DNA of 53,368 bases from Myxococcales bacterium (GTDB lineage: Bacteria > Myxococcota > Myxococcia > Myxococcales > 40CM-4-68-19), in the NCBI GenBank assembly GCA_036488495.1, contig DASXHM010000350.1, positions 1 to 53,368 of the forward strand, written 5' to 3'. Of the stretch, positions 43,926 to 52,104 are shown piece by piece (position 1 is the first letter of the stretch; every line of letters starts with the position of its first letter). The position numbers and the translations under genes are program-made. Below the pieces are notes generated by a model, which ran no database searches, was not told where the DNA came from, and saw only the letters and a program-made list of their open reading frames with translations.

Positions 43926-45248
43926 TCATCTAGTCGCGACGGCCGGCGCCCTCGCGGCGCGCGACACGTAGGCGACAGCGCCGAGCGTCAGTGACGACGC
44001 GGCGGCGAGCAGCATGAGCGCCTGGAACACGGCGCCCCAACCGAAATGCTTGGAAACGCCCGCGACGAGCGCGCCCTGCGCGACCGCGCCCACCGAGCCG
44101 CAGCCGTTGATGAACCCCGCCACCGTCCCGGCGGAGCCCGGGCCGCCGAGGTCCTGGGCGGCCACTCCCGAGATGAGCGCATCCGGGCCGAACAGGCAAA
44201 ACCCCACCAGCGCGATGGCGGCGAAGTTCATCGCCATCCCCATCGGGGCGACCCTGCCGTAAAGGAGCAGCGCGAGCGCCAGTGCGATGGTGCACAGGGC
44301 AGCGATGGCCCCACGGCGACCCGGAAAGAGCTTGTCGGAGATCCACCCGACGGCGATGGCGCCGAAGATTCCCCCGAACTGGAAGCCGGTCGAAACGTAG
44401 GCGGCGGTGTCGCGGGCGTAGCCGAGGTTGCGCTCTAGATAGTACGGCAGCCAGAAGTCCAGGCAGTAGCGGATGAGCTTCATCCCGAAGTAGGCGACCC
44501 CAAGCAGCCACACCACCGGATTGCGCAGAATTTCCCCAGCCTTGGCCTCGCCACCGCCGCCACACATCTCAGACGATTTCTCACCACACATCTCAGACGA
44601 TTTCCCACCACACATCTCAGACGATTTCGAAGCGCCGTCCCGACCCCGACACATCTCAGACGATTTCGGACCGGCATCGGCCGGCTCCCCCCCCGGTCCC
44701 TCGCGCAAGAACGCGAGCACGAGCACCCCGACCAGCGCCACCCACACCGCCGGCAAGAAAAACGACGACCGCCACCCATGGTGCGCAAGGAGCCACGCGC
44801 ACAGCGCCGTCGCCAAAAGCGGGCCGACCTGGAAGCACGTCGACCAGAAGCCCATCACCGCGCCTCGTTCGCGCGGCCCGTACCAGCCGGCCATCGCCTT
44901 GACGTTCCCAGGCCACCCCGTCGCCTGCACGAAGCCGTTCAACCCGAAGAAGAGCGCGAACAGCCCGGCGCTCGACGACCCGCCAAAGGCCGCGATCAGA
45001 AGAGCCGAGGCGATCATCCCCAACCCGACCAGCCGCCGCGAGCCGATCCGGTCCGCGAGCCACCCGCCCGCGAACTGCCCCACCGCGTAGGTGGCGAGAA
45101 ACCCGGTGTCGATGGCGGCAAGACCGGCCGTCCCGATGCCGAGCTCGCGCTCGAGGGTGGCCTTGACCACCGGGAAGTTCTTCCTGCCGAAGTAGTAGGT
45201 TGCGTACGAGAGCCAGGTGAGTCCGAAGGCGCGGACCCTCGGCTTCAC
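43926..45248 (-). CDS. MFS transporter (organophosphate:Pi antiporter / GlpT-UhpC-like) with a repeat insertion in the central loop
   Basis: 12 TM segments. 'FGLTWLSYATYYFGRKNF' N-terminus and 'GWLADRIGSRR' loop motif. The GTG start overlaps the DUF1223 stop (GTGA at 45245-45248). Confidence 0.88.
   Translation of the reverse strand: MKPRVRAFGLTWLSYATYYFGRKNFPVVKATLERELGIGTAGLAAIDTGFLATYAVGQFAGGWLADRIGSRRLVGLGMIASALLIAAFGGSSSAGLFALFFGLNGFVQATGWPGNVKAMAGWYGPRERGAVMGFWSTCFQVGPLLATALCAWLLAHHGWRSSFFLPAVWVALVGVLVLAFLREGPGGEPADAGPKSSEMCRGRDGASKSSEMCGGKSSEMCGEKSSEMCGGGGEAKAGEILRNPVVWLLGVAYFGMKLIRYCLDFWLPYYLERNLGYARDTAAYVSTGFQFGGIFGAIAVGWISDKLFPGRRGAIAALCTIALALALLLYGRVAPMGMAMNFAAIALVGFCLFGPDALISGVAAQDLGGPGSAGTVAGFINGCGSVGAVAQGALVAGVSKHFGWGAVFQALMLLAAASSLTLGAVAYVSRAARAPAVATR
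44561..44667 (-). repeat. four copies of a ~20-nt repeat (core AAATCGTCTGAGA on the minus strand); three are tandem with a 24-nt period, all in frame within the MFS gene
   Basis: The plus strand shows 'cacacatctcagacgatttc' at 44561, 44585 and 44609, and 'acacatctcagacgatttc' at 44649. These encode 'KSSEMCGG'-type octapeptides. Confidence 0.85.
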
Positions 45249-45898
45249 GGCGCCCCTGCAGCGAGCACGCGCGCGGTGTCGCGATCCTGCACGAAGACCA
45301 CCACCCGCGGGTCCTTCCAGGCAGCGTCCTTGGCGACCCGGCCCTCGCCGTGAAAGCTGATCTCATTCGGGCCGATGGAGCCGATCTGCGTCAGCTTCCG
45401 CACCACCGCCGCGTGCGGCAGCGTGCGGCCAGCGTTCTCGCCCTTCTCGACCTTGCTGACGAGGCCGTCTTCGACGACCGCGAGGTACACCTGCGCAGGT
45501 CCGTGCTTCGGCAGCGCCGTCACCGCGACCCGAACCGTGTCGCCCTGCCGCGCGACCGCGATGGCGCCGTGCGCTTCAGCAGCGGCGGATTTCGCGGCCC
45601 GCTCGATGCCGCCCTGGTCCGAACCGAGCACATCGAGGTGCCCGTCGACCATCGCCTGCGGCGTGTAGATGCGCGAACCGTAGCGCTCCTGCCGTTCGGT
45701 GAAGAGGTGCTGGCTGAAGGGATCGCGCCAGCCGAGGTTGTCCCAATAGTCGACGTGCTCGGCGAGCACGAGGAGCCGCACCTCCGGCACCGGCTGCGCC
45801 TCATTCAGCCGCGCCAGCACGGCGTCGGCGGGCGGACAGCTCGAGCAACCTTCGCTCGTGAACAGCTCGACGAGGATGGGCAGCGCGGCAAGGAGCAT
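45245..45898 (-). CDS. DUF1223 family protein (thioredoxin-like CxxC)
   Basis: 'LVELFTSEGCSSCPPAD...EHVDYWDNLGWRDPFS' is the family hallmark. The start is 45898, or 45961 if the Arg-rich leader is translated. Confidence 0.82.
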   Translation of the reverse strand: MLLAALPILVELFTSEGCSSCPPADAVLARLNEAQPVPEVRLLVLAEHVDYWDNLGWRDPFSQHLFTERQERYGSRIYTPQAMVDGHLDVLGSDQGGIERAAKSAAAEAHGAIAVARQGDTVRVAVTALPKHGPAQVYLAVVEDGLVSKVEKGENAGRTLPHAAVVRKLTQIGSIGPNEISFHGEGRVAKDAAWKDPRVVVFVQDRDTARVLAAGAP

Positions 45899-46001
45899 GC
45901 GCCATCTTACCGGCAGCGGTTCATCTCGGCGCGCTTGTCGAATCCGGCGTCGTTCCGGCATACTGAACGGATTGTCAGACCCCCCTGGCAGACTCTTGGG
46001 C

Positions 46002-47048
46002 ATGACTGAGCAGAGCTTGTCCCTTCCCTTCGCAGCGCCCCTCGCCGAAGGTGAAGGCCGGGTGGTGGTGGAGGACGCGTTCCATCTCCTCGCGAGCCTG
46101 CCGCCCGAATCGGTGGACCTGGTCGTCACCGACCCGCCGTACGAATCGGTGCAGCTCCACCGCGCCCGCGGCACCACCACGCGGCTGACCACCAACTGGT
46201 TCGTCACCGTCCCCGACGCGAAGCTGCCGGAGCTGCTCCGGCTCGTGTACCGGGTCCTGCGCCCGGACCGGCACTTCTATCTCTTCTGCGACGAAGTCAC
46301 CGCCGACGTCATCAAGCAGCAGCAGAACATCGGCGGCCGCAGGGAACCGAACGGCGCTCGCCGCGCCTTGTGCGGGCTCACCTATTGGAAAGAGATCGTC
46401 TGGGCGAAGACCACCAACGACGGCGCACGCATCCGCGGCGGCACCGGCTACCACTACCGCGCCGCCAACGAGCGCATCCTCTTCTTCGAGAAGGGGAAGC
46501 GCGCCCTGCGCGATCTCGGCATTCCCGACGTGCTGATGGCGGCGCGGTCCGAGGTGGTCGGGCCGGCAGTGAAGCCAGGCGCGGTGGTGCGAACGCTGGT
46601 CGCGCAGAGCAGCGTCGAAGGCGAGCTGGTCGTCGATCCATTCTGCGGCTCCGGCGTCGTCGGCGTGGAAGCGCGCGCGCTGCAGCGGCGCTTTTTGCTC
46701 GGAGACATCGACCTCGCCTATCTGGATCCGTCGCTGGCCGCGCTCGCGCCGGAAGGCGCGGTGGTGGCGCGGTCCACCTCCCAGGCTGCAGAGCCGCGCG
46801 AGCCGCCGCCGCTCGAGCTGTTCGTCACCGGGGAAGCGGACTTGACCCACATCGAGGCGGCGCGCGCCTGCGGCTGGCTCGACGAGGACGAAGCGCCCAC
46901 CGAGACGTTGTCGGCCTTTTTGTCGCTTCGGCCTGTGGAGCGCGAGGCGGCTGTGCGAAGATCGTTGCGGGTGGAGCGCGAACGGCCGGGAGAGCCTGAC
47001 CTGCTCCGCTCCTGGCGCGCTTGGGCCTTGGGAGGCAGACGAAGATGA
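46002..47048 (+). CDS. DNA methyltransferase, beta-class (N6-adenine/N4-cytosine type) with a ~110-aa C-terminal extension
   Basis: Motif IV '[10 protein letters not shown]' comes before motif I '[12 protein letters not shown]', which is the circularly permuted beta order. Internal ATG 46002 chosen. Confidence 0.85.
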   Translation: MTEQSLSLPFAAPLAEGEGRVVVEDAFHLLASLPPESVDLVVTDPPYESVQLHRARGTTTRLTTNWFVTVPDAKLPELLRLVYRVLRPDRHFYLFCDEVTADVIKQQQNIGGRREPNGARRALCGLTYWKEIVWAKTTNDGARIRGGTGYHYRAANERILFFEKGKRALRDLGIPDVLMAARSEVVGPAVKPGAVVRTLVAQSSVEGELVVDPFCGSGVVGVEARALQRRFLLGDIDLAYLDPSLAALAPEGAVVARSTSQAAEPREPPPLELFVTGEADLTHIEAARACGWLDEDEAPTETLSAFLSLRPVEREAAVRRSLRVERERPGEPDLLRSWRAWALGGRRR

Positions 47049-47587
47049 CCGATCAGGTGCTGCAGCTCGTCTCGCCTCCGCGCGGCGTTCCGGAAGTGCT
47101 TTCGGCGCTGCGGGCGTGGGATCCCGGCGGCATCGACCGTTGGGTGCTGGGCGGCAAAGCGCCCTTGCCCATCACCTTCGAAGAGGCGCGGCTTCTGTCG
47201 CAAAAGATCGACGCGTTGGAGCTGACCTCGATGGAGTTCGAACGGCTGATCGCGCTGGTCGGCGTCTCGCTCGGGCTCGATTACCGGCGACGGCTCAACG
47301 TGGGCAAGACCATCTACGGCAAGGACCGCGAGGTGGACGTGCTCTTCCGCGACGCCCGCAACGGCAACCGGCTCGCGGTGGAGGCCAAATACCAGCGCGT
47401 CACCGGCACTGCCGACGAGAAGCTGCCCTACGCGGTCTTGAACCTCGCGACGCTGCCGTTGCCGGGTGTCATCGTCTACGGCGGAGGCGGGTTCCATCTC
47501 GGCGCGCTGCACTGGCTGTGCGCGAACACCAAGGCCACCGACATCGCCCACCTCGCCGACTGGCTGACGGTCTTCTTCGCGCTATGA
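47045..47587 (+). CDS. PD-(D/E)xK nuclease-like protein (putative restriction endonuclease partner)
   Basis: '[37 protein letters not shown]' fits D...(D/E)xK spacing. The ATG overlaps the methyltransferase stop (ATGA at 47045-47048). The assignment is motif-level only. Confidence 0.55.
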   Translation: MTDQVLQLVSPPRGVPEVLSALRAWDPGGIDRWVLGGKAPLPITFEEARLLSQKIDALELTSMEFERLIALVGVSLGLDYRRRLNVGKTIYGKDREVDVLFRDARNGNRLAVEAKYQRVTGTADEKLPYAVLNLATLPLPGVIVYGGGGFHLGALHWLCANTKATDIAHLADWLTVFFAL

Positions 47588-48102
47588 GCACGGTCCTCGA
47601 TGCGCTCGCGCCGGAGCCGGCCGGGCGAACGCCGCAACGTGAGAAGCCCCTGGTGGAGATCCATTGCGACGGCGCGTGCTCGCCCAATCCGGGGGTCGGC
47701 GGCTGGGGAGCAATCCTCAAGTTCGGCGACCGCGAGCGGGAGCTGAGCGGCGGCCAGGTCGAGACCACCAACAACCGGATGGAGCTCACCTCTGCCATCC
47801 GCGCGCTGGCGGCGTTGAACAAGCCCTGCGCCGTGCGGCTGCACACCGATTCGCTCTACGTGCTCAATCCCTTCAAGAAGGGTTGGCTTGCGAAGTGGCG
47901 GCGGAACGGCTGGCAGACGGCGGAGAAGAAGGCGGTGTTGAACGTCGACCTCTGGCAGGAGCTGTTCACGCTGACCGAGCAGCACGAGGTGGAATGGATC
48001 TGGGTGAAGGGCCACGCCGAGAACGCAGGAAACAACCGCGCGGATGCGCTCGCGGTGCTGGCGCGGGAGGAGCTGGCGAAGTCGCTCGCGAAGAAGGGTT
48101 AG
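47584..48102 (+). CDS. rnhA: ribonuclease HI
   Basis: '[17 protein letters not shown]', 'TNNRMELTS', 'LHTDSLYV' and '[20 protein letters not shown]' match the canonical DEDD RNase H blocks. The ATG overlaps the preceding stop (ATGA at 47584-47587). Confidence 0.9.
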   Translation: MSTVLDALAPEPAGRTPQREKPLVEIHCDGACSPNPGVGGWGAILKFGDRERELSGGQVETTNNRMELTSAIRALAALNKPCAVRLHTDSLYVLNPFKKGWLAKWRRNGWQTAEKKAVLNVDLWQELFTLTEQHEVEWIWVKGHAENAGNNRADALAVLAREELAKSLAKKG

Positions 48103-48812
48103 GCCCCGCTGCCGTCTTGCACAGCTCGTGCGGAGGACTTCGCGACCGGACCTTTGCGGGTTCGCTTGCGACGCGAGGCCTGGCGCGGTTGTCTCGCCGA
48201 GGCGGGCGGCGCGGCGCGGCGTTGCTTGCGGGCGGCGTCGTGGAGGGTGGCGAGCGTCGCGTCGCCCAGGGCCTGCAACGCGCCACGGTCGATCGCGTAG
48301 GCGATGGGCGCGCCGAGGAGCGGCCAGAGCTTCATCGCCCGCGGCACCCAGCCCATGCCCAGCCGCGCGAGGATGGCCTTGACGAGCTTCGGGTTCAGCC
48401 GCCGGATGACGCGGCCTGGGAGCGACCCGCGCAAGACGCTGCCGATCGCGCGCGCACCGGCGCGCAGGCCGACACTCTTCGCCGCGTCGGCGAAACCCGC
48501 GCCCGCCCAGAGCGCGAGCAGCTTCGCTTTGCCGGCCTCGCCCGCGGTCTCGACGCCGTGCAGCTCGCAGAGCGCGAAGATGAGCTCGGCCTCGTGCAGG
48601 AGCGAGGCTGCCACTCCCGCCGGAAGCCCGACCGGCAGCGTCAAGAGCGAGAGCGCGCCGGTGGCCGCACCGGTCCAACCCGCGCGTCGGGCCGCGGAGG
48701 TGACGAGCCGCCGCCCGAGCGCGACTTCGTCGTCGCCGGGATGTGCGGCGCCGAGTGCGGCGACTCGTGCCACGGCGCGCTCGCGGGCGCGTTCGATGAC
48801 CTGCTCCAGCAT
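48099..48812 (-). CDS. EcsC-like family protein with basic C-terminal tail
   Basis: 237 aa with high GC3. The Gly/Ala-rich hydrophobic core '[39 protein letters not shown]' resembles EcsC proteins. The family call is from memory. Confidence 0.55.
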   Translation of the reverse strand: MLEQVIERARERAVARVAALGAAHPGDDEVALGRRLVTSAARRAGWTGAATGALSLLTLPVGLPAGVAASLLHEAELIFALCELHGVETAGEAGKAKLLALWAGAGFADAAKSVGLRAGARAIGSVLRGSLPGRVIRRLNPKLVKAILARLGMGWVPRAMKLWPLLGAPIAYAIDRGALQALGDATLATLHDAARKQRRAAPPASARQPRQASRRKRTRKGPVAKSSARAVQDGSGA

Positions 48813-48868
48813 GACAACAGTTATACGCGTAGCGCGGCCGGAACTTTCATCCGGAGTACAATGCGGCC

Positions 48869-50137
48869 GTGGACGACCTCTTGCGCAGCCTCACCCGCGC
48901 GCGCGACGCACTCGCGAAGGAGGCGGTCGGCGCGCGCAGCCAGATCTCGGCGAACTCCGGCGATGCCACGGAGGCGGCGAGCCTGCCCGCCTGGGCGGTA
49001 ACCGCGATTGGCACGGTGGCGCTGCTGCTCATCGTCCTCGGAGTCGTCTTCCACAATCACGGCGCCCTCAAGCTCGGCATCGTGCTCGCAGCGGTCGGCG
49101 GCGGCCTCTTCGTCACAGGTCAGCTCAAGTCGCGCGGTTCGACGCCGGGCATCAGCATGGGCGCGTCCGTCGGCCGCGGCGCCGAGGTCGATCCGACAGC
49201 GGCCATCGAGATCGGCGCGGCGGTCGGATCCCGCGCTCGGGTGGGGCCGGGCGCTGTCGTCCGCGTCGGTGCGAACGTCGGAAGCGAGGCGGTGGTGGAG
49301 GCGAGCGCGGTGATTTCGTACGGAGCGAGCATCGGCAGAGGTGCGATCGTCGGCGAAGGCGCCGTCGTCGGAGCAGGTTCCGATGTGGCGAGGGGCGCCC
49401 ACGTCCCGGCCGGAATGGTGTTGCGACCCGGATCCAGCTTCAAGGGTGGAGGCGACGAGCCGACGCGGTTTCCGAGAGAGCCGCGACATGGCACACGATC
49501 GCGCGACGTCCAGGAGGCGTGCGTCGGACCAGGACAGCGGTCACCGGAGCCCGCGAAGGCCGAGCCGGACCCGCGCGCCGTCCGCGTCGGAGCCGCCTGC
49601 GCGCGTCTCGACGAAGGCCTGCGCGATTCGCCACAAGCTGTGCGCGACCTGCTCGGATCGAGCGGCTTCGCCACCGTCAAAGCCCTTCGCCGCACCTGCG
49701 AAGATCTCCTCGTCCGCGAAGCGGCGCTGCGCCGCGAAGCCGAGTTTGGGCAGCTCCCGGCCGAGCGCCTCGCCATCGAGCAGCGGATCGAGCGGGAAGC
49801 AGACGGGCAGATCCGTGAGTCGCTTCGCGGCGCGCTCGCGGCCATCGACGGTCAGGTGAAGGAGCGCGAGCGTCTGCGCCTCGCGGCCGATCGCATCGCA
49901 GCGGAACACATGCGGCTGCTCTATACGCTCGAAGAGCTGGCGGCGCAGCTTGCGCGGCTGCGCTCCGCCGGCGATGGCGCGCGGCAGGCGGCGGCGGAAG
50001 TGCCGGTGGGAGTCGCGCAGCTTCGGACCGAGCTCGAAGCCATCGCCGATGCGCTCGAGTCCGTGTCGGCGCCCGCAGCTCGACCCGACGACGAGCGGGC
50101 CGATCCGGCCGCGCCGCCGCCCATCCGCGTGCGTTAG
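48869..50137 (+). CDS. membrane protein with hexapeptide-like beta-helix repeats and C-terminal coiled coil
   Basis: Two TM segments ('AVTAIGTVALLLIVLGVVF', 'LGIVLAAVGGGLFVTG'). About 90 aa of [GA].V.[GA]-type repeats ('GASVGRGAEV...GAVVRVGANVGSEAVV...GASIGRGAIVGEGAVVGAGSDV'). A long helical Arg/Glu/Leu-rich tail follows. Confidence 0.62.
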   Translation: MDDLLRSLTRARDALAKEAVGARSQISANSGDATEAASLPAWAVTAIGTVALLLIVLGVVFHNHGALKLGIVLAAVGGGLFVTGQLKSRGSTPGISMGASVGRGAEVDPTAAIEIGAAVGSRARVGPGAVVRVGANVGSEAVVEASAVISYGASIGRGAIVGEGAVVGAGSDVARGAHVPAGMVLRPGSSFKGGGDEPTRFPREPRHGTRSRDVQEACVGPGQRSPEPAKAEPDPRAVRVGAACARLDEGLRDSPQAVRDLLGSSGFATVKALRRTCEDLLVREAALRREAEFGQLPAERLAIEQRIEREADGQIRESLRGALAAIDGQVKERERLRLAADRIAAEHMRLLYTLEELAAQLARLRSAGDGARQAAAEVPVGVAQLRTELEAIADALESVSAPAARPDDERADPAAPPPIRVR

Positions 50138-50194
50138 TCACGGACGGCGAAGGCTGCGCGCTAACCTCTCCTTGGCGCGACTGCCGAATGCGGG

Positions 50195-50617
50195 CTAGAC
50201 CATCCCGCGCGCGCCAAGCAGCCGCCGCTCCGCCCGCTGCATGCGCTGCGCGTCGCGCGGCGTTTCGTGGTCATGACCGGCGCAGTGCAAGAGGCCGTGC
50301 GCAAGCAGCCGGCGAAGCTCCACCGATAGAGGCCAGCCGCCCTCCGCAGCCTGCCTGCGCGCGGTGTCGAGCGAAATGACCACATCCCCGAGATGGCGGC
50401 GGCCTTCCTGCAACGGAAAGGAGAGCACGTCGGTGGGCTTGTCCTTGCCGCGAAAGCGCCGGTTGAGCTGCCGCATCTCCCCGTCCGGCACGATCGACAG
50501 CGACACCTCGCCGTAGCCAAGCGTGCGAAGCCACTCTTGCGCTGCGGCGCGCACCACCCGGACCGCGTAGTCGCCGCGCGCGGCCGAAAGCCGCACCTCC
50601 ACCACGGGCTTCGCCAT
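50195..50617 (-). CDS. ybeY: rRNA maturation endoribonuclease YbeY
   Basis: 'TDVLSFP' and the zinc motif 'HGLLHCAGHDHE'. Internal ATG 50617 chosen. Confidence 0.85.
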   Translation of the reverse strand: MAKPVVEVRLSAARGDYAVRVVRAAAQEWLRTLGYGEVSLSIVPDGEMRQLNRRFRGKDKPTDVLSFPLQEGRRHLGDVVISLDTARRQAAEGGWPLSVELRRLLAHGLLHCAGHDHETPRDAQRMQRAERRLLGARGMV

Positions 50618-50648
50618 GCAGAGCCGCGGTAGCAGGACGCGAGCAAAG

Positions 50649-50738
50649 CCGTCAACCAAGCCGTCGGCAGGCGCTCCTGAACCGTGAACTCAGCAGTCGG
50701 GAACGGCACTTAGAACCGTCAACCGGGCCGTCGCCAGG
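50649..50738. repeat. two ~23-nt direct repeats in the ybeY / response-regulator divergent spacer
   Basis: 'ccgtcaaccaagccgtcggcagg' (50649-50671) and 'ccgtcaaccgggccgtcgccagg' (50716-50738). 20 of 23 positions are identical. Confidence 0.45.
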
Positions 50739-50821
50739 CCGGATCCCGACCCGGTTCAAGATCGGGCAAGCAAGCGGCCGCCCCCTTCCGTTTGGGTGTC
50801 CTCGTCGCTAAATCAGTAGGC

Positions 50822-51241
50822 GTGCGACGGTGGCCCTACATCCTGGTGGTCGACGACGACGAAGATTTCCGGCTCGGGCTTCGGACCGCGCTGGAGATCA
50901 AGGGTTACCAGGTCGAAGAGGCGCAGAACGGTGAGGAAGCGCTGGCGCTGCTCATCGAGAAGCCGCCGCTCCTGGTCCTTCTCGACCTGCAAATGCCGGT
51001 GATGAACGGCCGCGAGATGCTGCAGCGCATGCGCGCGACCGCGGAGCTGAAGGACGTGCCGGTCGTGATCATCAGCGGTTTTGGCTTCGAGTGGGAAGCC
51101 GAGCTGATGGGCGCGCAGGGGTACATCGGAAAGCCGTTCGAGCCGCAGGAGCTCGAGAAGACCATCGCCGGGCTGCTCCGGCCGAAGCTCGTCAGCGTGT
51201 CGAAGCCGCCGGAGAAGCCGGCTGCGAAGAGCGGCCAGTAA
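50822..51241 (+). CDS. single-domain response regulator (CheY-like receiver)
   Basis: 'ILVVDDDEDFR...LLVLLDLQMPVMNG...PVVIISG...KPF'. The track ORF starts at TTG 50792; I prefer GTG 50822. Confidence 0.85.
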   Translation: MRRWPYILVVDDDEDFRLGLRTALEIKGYQVEEAQNGEEALALLIEKPPLLVLLDLQMPVMNGREMLQRMRATAELKDVPVVIISGFGFEWEAELMGAQGYIGKPFEPQELEKTIAGLLRPKLVSVSKPPEKPAAKSGQ

Positions 51242-51272
51242 TTCAGCGGCTGCGACGCGCAGTCCGTCCCGC

Positions 51273-51330
51273 AAAAATCGTCTGAGAACTGTCGGACTGT
51301 CGGACCGCAAAAATCGTCTGAGACGTGTCG
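51273..51330 (+). repeat. two copies of the AAATCGTCTGAGA-core repeat, filling most of a convergent intergenic spacer
   Basis: 'aaaaatcgtctgagaactgtcgg' (51273-51295) and 'aaaaatcgtctgagacgtgtcg' (51309-51330). The core is the same as the four copies inside the MFS gene, in opposite orientation. Confidence 0.75.
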
Positions 51331-51334
51331 CGCG

Positions 51335-52093
51335 TTACCTGGGGAGCGCGGCGCGGATGTGCTTCTCCTCTTCGCCCAGCTTGGCGATGTGCTCGTTGAA
51401 GAGGTCCGCGCATCGCTTGTAGTGCGAGAGTCGAAGCTCGCCTTCCGGCTCGGGCAGCGGAATCGGCTCGCCGAAGACCACCACGATGGGGTTCTTCGAG
51501 CGCAATTCCCCGAGCACGCTGTTGCCCATGCCGTTGATGAACGCCGGCACGACCGTCGGCCGCGCCTTCAAGGCGAGCTCGCCCACCCCCGGCTTCGCTG
51601 GCAGGAGCTGGTACGGATCGTCTCCCGTGCCGCGCGTGCCTTCGGGATGGAAGCCAACGAGCTGCCCCGGCTTCTGCAAGAGCTCGATCAAATGCTGCAG
51701 CATCTCCTTGTTGGCGGCCTTCTTTTCCGCGGCGCGAAAGAACGGCGGATACATCGAGCCGCCCGACATCACGAGGCACACCGCGAGCCCGGCAGGGTTC
51801 TCGTAGAAAAAATTCGCGCGCACGGGAAAGCTCACGCTCTGCTTGAGCCCGCGCTTCTCGAGCAGGATCCAGCCGAGCGCGAACAGGTCGAAGAAGGTGC
51901 GGTGGTTGGCGACCAGCAGGATGCGCTCGCCGGGTCCGTTCGGGACGCGGTCGAGGCCGTGCACCGTCGTCCTTCGCCGCAAGACGCCGCCGACGAACCG
52001 CAGAAGGACCTGCCGCTGCCAGAGCGCCGTCGGCCGCGCGACGTTGGCCTCGCGCATGACCCGCACCGCGAATCGCTCGAAAGGCGAGAGCAC
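51335..52093 (-). CDS. lysophospholipid / 1-acyl-sn-glycerol-3-phosphate acyltransferase family (PlsC-like)
   Basis: Last 252 codons of track ORF 51335..53020. HxxxxD box 'VANHRTFFD' and 'FHPEGTRG'. GTG 52093 is preceded by GAGGGAGGC. Confidence 0.84.
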   Translation of the reverse strand: MLSPFERFAVRVMREANVARPTALWQRQVLLRFVGGVLRRRTTVHGLDRVPNGPGERILLVANHRTFFDLFALGWILLEKRGLKQSVSFPVRANFFYENPAGLAVCLVMSGGSMYPPFFRAAEKKAANKEMLQHLIELLQKPGQLVGFHPEGTRGTGDDPYQLLPAKPGVGELALKARPTVVPAFINGMGNSVLGELRSKNPIVVVFGEPIPLPEPEGELRLSHYKRCADLFNEHIAKLGEEEKHIRAALPR

Positions 52094-52104
52094 GCCTCCC
52101 TCTA

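Noticed and set aside
43732-43929. 65-aa minus-strand ORF between the HIT and MFS genes
   Set aside because: The peptide is highly basic and odd in composition, GC3 is not elevated, and no motif is present.
44561-44667. Tandem 24-nt repeats as a possible CRISPR array
   Set aside because: The repeats are contiguous with no unique spacers. They lie inside and in frame with an MFS gene. No cas genes are present in the window.
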